Shown: positions 34,468 to 42,685 of the stretch, piece after piece
How positions within the stretch are numbered: position 1 is the first letter of the stretch
How the letters are laid out: the number at the start of each line of letters is the position of its first letter
Virus record (IMG/VR): IMGVR_UViG_3300043446_003193
Coordinates: 1-64,000 of that record
DNA: 64,000 nt
Strand: one strand, 5' to 3'
The notes under the pieces: model-generated
The model's database searches: none
Told to the model about the DNA's origin: nothing
What the model saw: only the letters and a program-made list of their open reading frames with translations
Position numbers and translations under genes: made by a program

Positions 34468-37127
34468 TATTGTATTTTTACTCCTAATGATTTTCCATCT
34501 TTATTAACTGCTTCCGAGTTACCCATGCTCACCAATCCCAATCCACCATTCAATTTTTGTGTAGTAGTGAATAGAACTTTATAAGTTGCTGATGTAATTT
34601 GTGAACCATCGGTATTTAAAGAACCCACATTAATAAAAGTTCCTTTGTTTGCGGAATAGTTAGTTGGTGAACCATTTACGATATATTCCGTTTTATTATA
34701 TTTTAACAAAGAGTTATCATAGTTTAATTGGAATTGAGTTCCTACTATGTTGTTATCTCCTGGGTTAAATACGATTTCTACATATACACTATCACCACTC
34801 AATTCAGTCATTATACTTGCATTCATTGGAATACTTACACTTGTGGATTTTATTCTTTCACCAAAGTTTGCTGACATATTTGTTATACCATTTGCCGGCG
34901 GTGTTGCTGAATGTGATAAGTTTACATCACCTTTCCAAGTTACTGCTAAATTGTATGAATAGTTTGTTTTTCCTTCTAATAAACTAAAACTATATTCCTT
35001 TCCTAAATAAGATGGGAATTGTTGCCAATTAGATTTTCCAATAGTTCCGTATGTAGAGTCCAACACAATTTTCATAGTGCTATCCAAAACATACTTATTT
35101 ACTAAATCTCTTGCACCAGTTAGATATTGTAACAATCTAAAGCAATCTCTTTCATCAAATACATTATTACCATCTACGTCTGCGTTTTTGAATTGAATAC
35201 CATATCCAAATTGTGTTCCACTTCCACCACCAAACAAACCACCTGCTTCTGAATATTCTTTGAATGCTAAATAAACATCCGATACAGTCACAATACTATT
35301 ATAAAGTGTTTTAAGTTGTGTAGAGTCATAGTCTTGGAATACAAATTTGTGTTGTTTGTATGTACCTTGTTGTGTAAGTGTAATTGTACTTTGGAAAGCG
35401 TAATCCGTATTCCAATTATTTACATTTCTAATGTATGAATTTGATGCTGAAGTTCCATCTGTTATTTTTGTTAGTGGTGATGGGACTGTGTATATTGCCC
35501 AACCATTTGCATCATGTGAAGTATATGTCATAGGGCCATCATATGCATCAAATATTTTTGTATGTGTGATTTTGGTAGGGTCAATACTACCAACTTGTCT
35601 CATATCAATTAATAATCTACTTTTACCACTACCCAACCAACTTGCGTTTGGATTTGTATAAGACCATTCAACTTGACCCGGTGTAATTGTTGCTTTATAT
35701 GCAGTTGGATTGGCAACAAATTGATAACTCAATCCCCACGCACCCCACACATCCGATGTTACTCCGTTTTGTGTTGTTGATGGATAATCGTTTTGCCCTT
35801 CAACTATTTTAATGTAAACTTCTTTTGTTTGTCCGGCAGTTACTATTCCTGCATGCACCGCTGCTTTTGGAATATATGAGTCGTTAGTGTATATGTTTGT
35901 TCCCCAAATTGCACCACCACCAGTGTTACCTGTTATGGTCATTTTATATATCTTACCAATATCACTTTCACTATATTGAGTCATATCATTTGCTGCTGCT
36001 ATTGATATTGCAGATGAAAATACCTTTGCCGTATCTAATTGAGTTGATAGAGTTACCCTTCCCACTCCATTTAATGCCACATTTGAATTTGCAGTCCAAG
36101 CTGATGTTGCATCATTTCTTTTATGTAATGCTGCTGAAAATTTAGTTTCATCAATATTACCACCAAAGTTAATTGTAAATTGTGATTTTAAATTATTGTT
36201 TACACCATTATAATGCACCACACTATTATTATAAAAATCAGTAAAAGTTTGGTCATCAGGATTACTCCAAGTTCCAAACTCAATTACATATCCACCCAAT
36301 CCACCAGGGAACGCCGTTGCTTCGGGTCCAAAATCATTCCATTGTGAACCATTCCATTTTGTTACAACATAATCCTCACCAGGTCCCCAGTTGTTTGGTT
36401 CACCACTTGCCCAGTTATTATATTGCCCTGTTTGATTTGTTGAATTTATTCTTACGACAGTTCCATTTTCAGGTCCTGCATCAATTACAAATCTACCTTC
36501 GGTTACATTATCCGTAAGTGCGAATATAATATTATTCCCAGGTACATTGTTTACAACAAAGTTATCTTCATCCGATGATGTGATTGTCATTAAATAACCC
36601 GTTTGTCCTTTGAATGATTGTTGAGTACAATAGGTTTTAAGATTATTATATGCAGTTACAGAAGTTCCACTAAATGCGGTTACCCCGGTAAACCCACTCA
36701 TAGGTCTATAAAAGTGTCCGTTTGTTGGTAAGTAATAATATCCCGTTGGGTTGACAGTTGCTGATACTGAAATACTAATATCACCCGCTGTTCCCGTTGT
36801 GTTTATTTTCATTGATGCTAATACATTGTTAATATTAGCCATTGTTCCGGTGAATGAAATACGAGTTTTATTACCACTCATTGTGTAACCGGTTGATGCA
36901 GTTACGCCGGATGTTGTTGAGAAATAAAATGTAGTTCCGCTTGGTGCTGTGGGTAAACCAATTGCACAAAGTAAAGTTGCAGTAGAGTTGAACCCACTCA
37001 ATGTAAATCCACTTGCATCTTGTCCTGATGTATTGACAGTAAATTCTTTAGGGTCTGGTGCATTTACCTGCTGACCAAACCCTAAAAATGATATAAATAA
37101 GAATAGTGTAACTAATAATTTTTTCAT
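34467..37127 (-). CDS. large secreted adhesin-like protein: C-type-lectin-like, LCCL, dockerin-like and cohesin-like domains
   Basis: WASGEPNN..EDY...WND (CTL); IWGTNIYTNDSYIPKAAVHAG (LCCL); DVDGNNVFDERD (dockerin/EF loop); GTQFQLNYDNSLLKY (cohesin). Confidence 0.7.
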   Translation of the reverse strand: MKKLLVTLFLFISFLGFGQQVNAPDPKEFTVNTSGQDASGFTLSGFNSTATLLCAIGLPTAPSGTTFYFSTTSGVTASTGYTMSGNKTRISFTGTMANINNVLASMKINTTGTAGDISISVSATVNPTGYYYLPTNGHFYRPMSGFTGVTAFSGTSVTAYNNLKTYCTQQSFKGQTGYLMTITSSDEDNFVVNNVPGNNIIFALTDNVTEGRFVIDAGPENGTVVRINSTNQTGQYNNWASGEPNNWGPGEDYVVTKWNGSQWNDFGPEATAFPGGLGGYVIEFGTWSNPDDQTFTDFYNNSVVHYNGVNNNLKSQFTINFGGNIDETKFSAALHKRNDATSAWTANSNVALNGVGRVTLSTQLDTAKVFSSAISIAAANDMTQYSESDIGKIYKMTITGNTGGGAIWGTNIYTNDSYIPKAAVHAGIVTAGQTKEVYIKIVEGQNDYPSTTQNGVTSDVWGAWGLSYQFVANPTAYKATITPGQVEWSYTNPNASWLGSGKSRLLIDMRQVGSIDPTKITHTKIFDAYDGPMTYTSHDANGWAIYTVPSPLTKITDGTSASNSYIRNVNNWNTDYAFQSTITLTQQGTYKQHKFVFQDYDSTQLKTLYNSIVTVSDVYLAFKEYSEAGGLFGGGSGTQFGYGIQFKNADVDGNNVFDERDCFRLLQYLTGARDLVNKYVLDSTMKIVLDSTYGTIGKSNWQQFPSYLGKEYSFSLLEGKTNYSYNLAVTWKGDVNLSHSATPPANGITNMSANFGERIKSTSVSIPMNASIMTELSGDSVYVEIVFNPGDNNIVGTQFQLNYDNSLLKYNKTEYIVNGSPTNYSANKGTFINVGSLNTDGSQITSATYKVLFTTTQKLNGGLGLVSMGNSEAVNKDGKSLGVKIQ

Positions 37128-37130
37128 TTA

Positions 37131-38780
37131 TTATTCTATGTTTAGATTTAGTTTGTTTCCGTTTCCGTCAACTGCATCTGCTAATACGAAATAGAATAAA
37201 CCTGCTGTATTTTGTAATGTCTCTTTTGGAGTAAATATCAATTTGTATGGAGTTCCAACTTTTATTCTTGCAGTTTTTAATTGGTCAATAGAACCAAATG
37301 TTAATCTACCATCTGCTTTTGTTGAGAAGTTAGTCATTGTTGAACCCGTATTGAATATTACATTATCTAAAGTTAATTTTGTGCTATCGTATTGCATTAT
37401 CACTTGTAAACCTGCTAAACCTTCTTTTGTTAAGTTAGTATAAATTACAACTTTACCACCTTCCAATTTAGAAGTTACACCCAATGATATACTTTCAATT
37501 GTTGGTGCTGAATAAGCCATAGAACTTACTGCCATTGAACGGATGCCATCTACTTTTAATCCGTTTGTTGCATTTGTATAAACACCTGCAGTTATTCTTG
37601 CTGCGATTGTATCAGGGAAAGATGAATGTGACCAGTCTAAATCACCACCCCATGCAAATACTGCTTCTGCTGTTTGTTGAGGTGCGGTTACATACACTCT
37701 ATTTGTAGGTGTTCCGTTTAACCAACTTTGATTTAATAAACCACTATGCCATCTCCACGAAGTTGAAGTTTGTGTTGGAATATATGCATTTGCGGAAACA
37801 TCTTGTCCCATTACATAAGCAAATAAGTTATATGCATCTGCTTCTGTAAAGTCCATATCGTTTTTAGTTACATTACCAATTCTTTTTTCTAATGCAGGTC
37901 TTTGAAAATATGTTGGAGTTCCTGCTAAATCAGTTTGAGTAATACCCAAAAATGCTTTATATGCATCAGAGACTGTTATTACATTATTCATCCAAGCTTT
38001 TGATGATGCGTTTGAAACAAATACACCAATACTATCACCGACTTTGATACCAGATGTGAATAGAGCTTCACCACTTGCATCTAATGCTTTTTGTGCTATT
38101 GGTTGTTTTGTCCAATCTATACCACCACTACCATCAGTTTTTAAATACATTAATTGAACATTGTGGTCAGTAATTGAATATCCTGATGGATATAATACTC
38201 TTACTTTAAAATAAGATGTGTTACCCGTTACACCAGTTATTGATAAAGGACCTGATGTTGTTTTGATGTATGGGATGTATGCACCACTTGCACTATCCGT
38301 TGCGTATGAAAGGTCTAATTTGTGGAAGTTTTCGTATGCGTTTTGGTCTTTGATAACATACTTTTGAGTTGCTAATACGCCATCTATACTTTTATCTGCT
38401 CTTTGAACTGCTAATTGTCCAACATTCCAATCCGCATTCGCTGCATATCCCCAAGGTGTAGAACCATATTGTGCATATAAAGAAGTATCTGCTATATTTG
38501 CGTTTGGAGTGAATTTATAGCTTGACCAACCTGTATAGTATGTTTGTGATGAACTACCTTGTGAGAATGTAGTTGAAAGATAAGTTAACGCCTTATTGTT
38601 ATATTGATATCTTAACCAAAAATAACGAGGTTTGGTTTCACCTTTATTGACAGTATATGTTATTGTTATTGTATCGCCAACCTTGTATGGTCCAGATGAT
38701 ACCGATTGATTAACAACAATTTGTCCAAATGATAATATAGTTACAAACAAAGCTGCAACTAACAAAGATAGTTTTTTCAT
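37131..38780 (-). CDS. secreted protein with cohesin-like domains and a degenerate dockerin
   Basis: Signal peptide; GDTITITY..LRYQYNNKALTY; GNVTKNDMDFTEADAY; LAGLQVIMQYDSTKL. Confidence 0.6.
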   Translation of the reverse strand: MKKLSLLVAALFVTILSFGQIVVNQSVSSGPYKVGDTITITYTVNKGETKPRYFWLRYQYNNKALTYLSTTFSQGSSSQTYYTGWSSYKFTPNANIADTSLYAQYGSTPWGYAANADWNVGQLAVQRADKSIDGVLATQKYVIKDQNAYENFHKLDLSYATDSASGAYIPYIKTTSGPLSITGVTGNTSYFKVRVLYPSGYSITDHNVQLMYLKTDGSGGIDWTKQPIAQKALDASGEALFTSGIKVGDSIGVFVSNASSKAWMNNVITVSDAYKAFLGITQTDLAGTPTYFQRPALEKRIGNVTKNDMDFTEADAYNLFAYVMGQDVSANAYIPTQTSTSWRWHSGLLNQSWLNGTPTNRVYVTAPQQTAEAVFAWGGDLDWSHSSFPDTIAARITAGVYTNATNGLKVDGIRSMAVSSMAYSAPTIESISLGVTSKLEGGKVVIYTNLTKEGLAGLQVIMQYDSTKLTLDNVIFNTGSTMTNFSTKADGRLTFGSIDQLKTARIKVGTPYKLIFTPKETLQNTAGLFYFVLADAVDGNGNKLNLNIE

Positions 38781-38782
38781 AT

Positions 38783-39430
38783 TTACTCAAATAGTTTGGT
38801 GATAAGTTTAATAGAACCTTTCTTCAATGCATTACTCAATGAAGTTTGGTTAAACTTACCACCCTCATCTACTATGAGAGTTGACATTGAGATTTCTGCT
38901 GAACTTTCTTCTACAATAACCTCTTTGTCTTTTTTGCCATCTTTGTAAAGTGTTCCTCTAAGGCGAATGACTACCTCTTCTTCTCCTTTGTGAAATACGG
39001 AGATATTTGATTTTGTTGTTAAAACATCTAAATAGATAATTTCAACTTTTAATTTTTGTGTTGCTGATGGTGCTAAATCCAATCCTTTTTCTTGTAATGC
39101 TTCTTCCAAAACATTTTTAACACCAAATGCTAAATTTCTGTTTCCAGCTAATTTACCAACTTTAACTTTATTTTCTACACTTTCTACCCAAATGTGTTCT
39201 TCGGCATTGTACCAAATATTTTCTGGTGAGTTTTTGAATGTACCATCAAATTTCCAACTAAACCAATTTGCAATGTTTGTTTCTAATTCAGTTTTACCTG
39301 CAAAATGTATACCAACCATTGTAAGTTGAAATAATAATGCAAATACAATCCATATACCTACTAAAGTTAAAAACCCTCTAAATAGATAATCTCCTAAATT
39401 TTGTTTTAAATGTAATAACTTTGCTTTCAT
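38783..39430 (-). CDS. membrane-anchored hypothetical protein
   Basis: N-terminal TM; periplasmic alpha/beta domain. Confidence 0.6.
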   Translation of the reverse strand: MKAKLLHLKQNLGDYLFRGFLTLVGIWIVFALLFQLTMVGIHFAGKTELETNIANWFSWKFDGTFKNSPENIWYNAEEHIWVESVENKVKVGKLAGNRNLAFGVKNVLEEALQEKGLDLAPSATQKLKVEIIYLDVLTTKSNISVFHKGEEEVVIRLRGTLYKDGKKDKEVIVEESSAEISMSTLIVDEGGKFNQTSLSNALKKGSIKLITKLFE

Positions 39431-39485
39431 AATATATCCGTTTTACTTTACGGATATAAATATAATAAAATGATTATAACCATCT

Positions 39486-39674
39486 TTAATCTAAGTTATC
39501 TTTTTCAAAACTACCTAAAAAGTGATGAATAGGTGTCCAAAGGCAATATATACCAACTGCTTCTAAAAAAGATAGTTTTGGTAATACTGTTATTAATTGA
39601 GTTAAATACGATATTGCCAATCCTATAACACAAGTTACAACTATTACATTTAATGTTATTTTAATTTTTTCCAT
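39486..39674 (-). CDS. small membrane protein
   Basis: Hydrophobic 62 aa; own Bacteroidota-type promoter at ~39680-39711. Confidence 0.55.
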   Translation of the reverse strand: MEKIKITLNVIVVTCVIGLAISYLTQLITVLPKLSFLEAVGIYCLWTPIHHFLGSFEKDNLD

Positions 39675-39711
39675 AAAACTAATATACGAATTAATTTTGA
39701 AAATACAAAAT

Positions 39712-39742
39712 AAAAAAGGGAGTATTTAACTCCCTTTCTTTT
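39712..39742 (-). terminator. intrinsic terminator after the endolysin
   Basis: AAAGGGAGT-TAAAT-ACTCCCTTT plus U-tract. Confidence 0.75.
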
Positions 39743-40578
39743 TATGCTAATAAAGAATAATATTCTTTAAAATGCTTAATTCTATCTGGCAATCCAATTG
39801 TACCACCATTTACTCTTTTAGTAATTGATGTTACAACTGCATCGGTTGCACCACCATCTGCCATTTTGTGTAAACCATTCTTATTAAAGAACCATGCTGC
39901 TGATAATAATGCATATTTTTCAGCTACTACTTGTGGATTTGCTGTTACATCTTCACCAATTGATTTACCAAATGCAGTGTAGTTATCTCTACCTGTTAAT
40001 TGGATAAAACCACGACCACAAAACTTTGCACCATCACCACTACTTTCAGGTCCATTACCCATTCTACCACCATATACTTTGTTTGCAATCTTTTCAGGTT
40101 GTCTAGCATATTGATTTGCCAATGCTTCTGTTGGGAAATACTTTTTGAATATACCCATCAAACCTTTTGCTGAATAATTTAAGTTTTCTTTTGTAAGTCT
40201 AAATCCACCACTTTCATGTCCACATTGTGCTAAAAAGTGTGCTAATCTCAATGCAGAGTCAATTTGAAACTTTTGTGCTACTGCAGGAATCATTGCGATT
40301 ACTGAATCTGGAATATGTCCTTTTAATTTATCTAATTTTAAACCAGTTGAATTAGCTACTGCTACTGCTTGTTGTTTTACTTCTGGATGTTCTTCTTCAC
40401 CCATAATCATTGCCCAAGTCTTGTCACCTACAATGCCATCTGCGGTTAAACCATGAGCTGCTTGCCATAATTTTACTGCTTCTTCGGTTTTCGGTCCAAA
40501 GTTACCAACTGGCTCTAAGTGTAATTTCTTTTGTAATAATTTTACGTTTTCGTTATTATCGCCTTTTCTTAACAACAT
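39742..40578 (-). CDS. endolysin: peptidoglycan-binding domain plus GH19 muramidase
   Basis: LRKGD..VKLLQ...GLTADGIVG; HFLAQCGHESGGF, GRGFIQLTGRDNY, VNGG.IGL.DR. Confidence 0.92.
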   Translation of the reverse strand: MLLRKGDNNENVKLLQKKLHLEPVGNFGPKTEEAVKLWQAAHGLTADGIVGDKTWAMIMGEEEHPEVKQQAVAVANSTGLKLDKLKGHIPDSVIAMIPAVAQKFQIDSALRLAHFLAQCGHESGGFRLTKENLNYSAKGLMGIFKKYFPTEALANQYARQPEKIANKVYGGRMGNGPESSGDGAKFCGRGFIQLTGRDNYTAFGKSIGEDVTANPQVVAEKYALLSAAWFFNKNGLHKMADGGATDAVVTSITKRVNGGTIGLPDRIKHFKEYYSLLA

Positions 40579-40610
40579 AATTTATAGTTTTATTTTCTAT
40601 AAATATAAAA

Positions 40611-41618
40611 CTATTTAGTAATCGGTTGAGGACCACCCGATGCTCCTGTATCTGCTTTTTTAGCTTTAATACCCATTGCTTCAGCGAATGCGTTTGAACG
40701 TTTTACTAATGGAACAATTGGTTCATCAATTACTCTAACATTCATTGGGATTTGATTATTTGGATTTGCTGCATTATGTGCCACGATTGCGGCCCATCTA
40801 TGATGTCCATCCAACACATATCCATCATTTGAAACATATATAGGTGCAGTGATTTTTTCATATGCCGGATGATTTGGGTCATCTAATACTTTGCTCATTC
40901 CTGCAACTTTAACACCAACAAGTTCACTTTGTGTTGCTTTTAAACGATCCGCGGGAACTGCTGTTGGTTCTGAAACTTTGATACCTTGCTTATTCAGCAT
41001 TTCTTTAAAAAATTCTTCGGTATCTGCTTCACCATTTTCATCCTTTGGAAGTTTGTCTGCAGGTGATCCTGGTTCAGGTGTTCCTTTAAATTGTGGCATA
41101 TCTTCTCTTGGAATGCCTTTGTTTCCATCACAATATAAGTTGGTACCTGGAACAGTTACTTGACATAGATTAAAGTTAGGTGCTTTTTCACCTTTCTCTT
41201 TTGCTTGCTTACCTAATTCGGCAAGTTTATCTATAATTGTGGAAATCTGCTGTCTTTCAATTGGTTCAACAGCTGATAAAGGTTTTCTGTCAAAATTTGC
41301 ATTTGGCATCAAATCCTTTAATTTAGGAATATCTGATTTTGTATTTGTTGACTTTTCTGCTGATGATTTAAAATCAGTACCACCTAATTTTTGTCCTTTT
41401 TGTGGTTGTTCTTGTCCTCCTTGCGGTTGTGGTTGTGGTTTTGATGGTTGTTCACCTTTTGGAATCTGACCTCCGTTTGCTGCTTTAGTTTTTTCAATTT
41501 CAGCAGGGGTTGGTTTATCATGTTTAGAAGGGTCAAATTGTTTTACAACATAGACATTACCTGTCTTTTTGTTTTTAACAATATCTTCTTCTTTTAAAAG
41601 GTCTTTTAACTTTATCAT
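40611..41618 (-). CDS. ParB/Srx-fold domain protein with IKLKDLLKE N-terminus
   Basis: LKATQSEL...PIYVSNDGYVLDGHHRWAA; probable start MIKLKDLLKEE at 41618. Confidence 0.7.
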   Translation of the reverse strand: MIKLKDLLKEEDIVKNKKTGNVYVVKQFDPSKHDKPTPAEIEKTKAANGGQIPKGEQPSKPQPQPQGGQEQPQKGQKLGGTDFKSSAEKSTNTKSDIPKLKDLMPNANFDRKPLSAVEPIERQQISTIIDKLAELGKQAKEKGEKAPNFNLCQVTVPGTNLYCDGNKGIPREDMPQFKGTPEPGSPADKLPKDENGEADTEEFFKEMLNKQGIKVSEPTAVPADRLKATQSELVGVKVAGMSKVLDDPNHPAYEKITAPIYVSNDGYVLDGHHRWAAIVAHNAANPNNQIPMNVRVIDEPIVPLVKRSNAFAEAMGIKAKKADTGASGGPQPITK

Positions 41619-41619
41619 A

Positions 41620-41751
41620 TTATCTACCTTGTCCGCGGTATTTTTTTGGTCTTGGAGTATGTTTGTTATAACTCTTTGTACCAGAACCTGGGCCAGTTTT
41701 TCTCTTACCAAATGATACTTTGGCAGCACTAGCTGATTTTCCTTTTGCCAT
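41620..41751 (-). CDS. 43-aa basic protein ending YRGQGR
   Basis: Manual translation MAKGKSASAAKVSFGKRKTGPGSGTKSYNKHTPRPKKYRGQGR. Confidence 0.6.
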   Translation of the reverse strand: MAKGKSASAAKVSFGKRKTGPGSGTKSYNKHTPRPKKYRGQGR

Positions 41752-41785
41752 TATTTTGGTTATTTTCCGATTTACTTTACTTTAC

Positions 41786-42055
41786 TTACTTTTTTGTTGC
41801 TTTAGTTGTTGCTTTTTTAGTTGCTGGTTTTTTTACTTTCTCAGCTACTTTTACAACATCTGCTACAACAGCTTTAGTTTTTTCAACTTTAGCCTTTGCT
41901 TTTTTAACTACAACTTTCACTTCTTCTACTTTCTCTTCAATAGCATCAGGAATGTTGTTGTTGTTTGCATCTTGGATTTTACCTTTTTTCATTAAAAGGA
42001 AAGTTACTCCACTAGCTACAGCCAATAAAATAACTACAATTGCGAATGTGCTCAT
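41786..42055 (-). CDS. membrane-anchored protein with Lys/Ala-rich tail
   Basis: N-terminal TM, DANNNNIPD, KKPATKKATTK. Confidence 0.65.
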   Translation of the reverse strand: MSTFAIVVILLAVASGVTFLLMKKGKIQDANNNNIPDAIEEKVEEVKVVVKKAKAKVEKTKAVVADVVKVAEKVKKPATKKATTKATKK

Positions 42056-42108
42056 GTTTTTTGTTTTTGTTTAGAATTAAATATAAATATAAAAAATTTT
42101 TAGTTAAA

Positions 42109-42357
42109 TTAATCTTCTCCGTATAAAGAAAATCTTTTCACAGGCACTTCTACTTCTTCTTCTCTTATAATTTCAACTGTTCCTTTCCTAGCTTCAATAT
42201 AAAAATTAGTATCACCATTGTATTGATACCAAGCTTCTAAAGCATCCGTAAGAGATGGATAAATATTTTTTTGACTACCTTCTGCAAATACCCATCTATC
42301 TCCTGGCGGAACTCTTTTAAGGACAAGTTCTTTTTGTTCTTTTATTTCCTTTTCCAT
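42109..42357 (-). CDS. hypothetical protein
   Basis: 82-aa ORF. Confidence 0.65.
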   Translation of the reverse strand: MEKEIKEQKELVLKRVPPGDRWVFAEGSQKNIYPSLTDALEAWYQYNGDTNFYIEARKGTVEIIREEEVEVPVKRFSLYGED

Positions 42358-42359
42358 AA

Positions 42360-42566
42360 TTAAAATACTTCAATAATATTTGTTTCTGATACTTTAATTA
42401 CTTCGTATTCTAACTTAACAGCTTCAGCGGTAAATTTGTTTACCAACTTTGTTTCTGCTTCCGTAACTGATAAAGCATCTACTAAATAATTCTCTTTTTG
42501 TTTTTTGATTTTACCTTTTGCATCTTCTACTTCAATTGCAACGGTTACTGAATAAAACTTTGCCAT
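42360..42566 (-). CDS. DUF4494-like protein (Bacteroidota family)
   Basis: KGKIKKQKENYLVDALSVTEAE. Confidence 0.65.
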   Translation of the reverse strand: MAKFYSVTVAIEVEDAKGKIKKQKENYLVDALSVTEAETKLVNKFTAEAVKLEYEVIKVSETNIIEVF

Positions 42567-42626
42567 AATTTTTGTTTTTTGTTTGTTAATACTCTAATAT
42601 ACGAAAAATATTTTAATCTACCAAAT

Positions 42627-42658
42627 AAAAAAATCCCCCACTTTTAAGGTGAGGGATT
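42627..42658 (-). terminator. intrinsic terminator after the TBDT
   Basis: AATCCCTCAC...GTGGGGGATT plus U-tract. Confidence 0.7.
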
Positions 42659-42685
42659 AAATTAGAGCTTATTTGACTGCGTATA

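Noticed and set aside
41619-41729. N-terminal extension of ORF 40611-41729
   Set aside because: The region is better explained by the 43-aa basic ORF in another frame; the ATG at 41618 has the family N-terminal motif.
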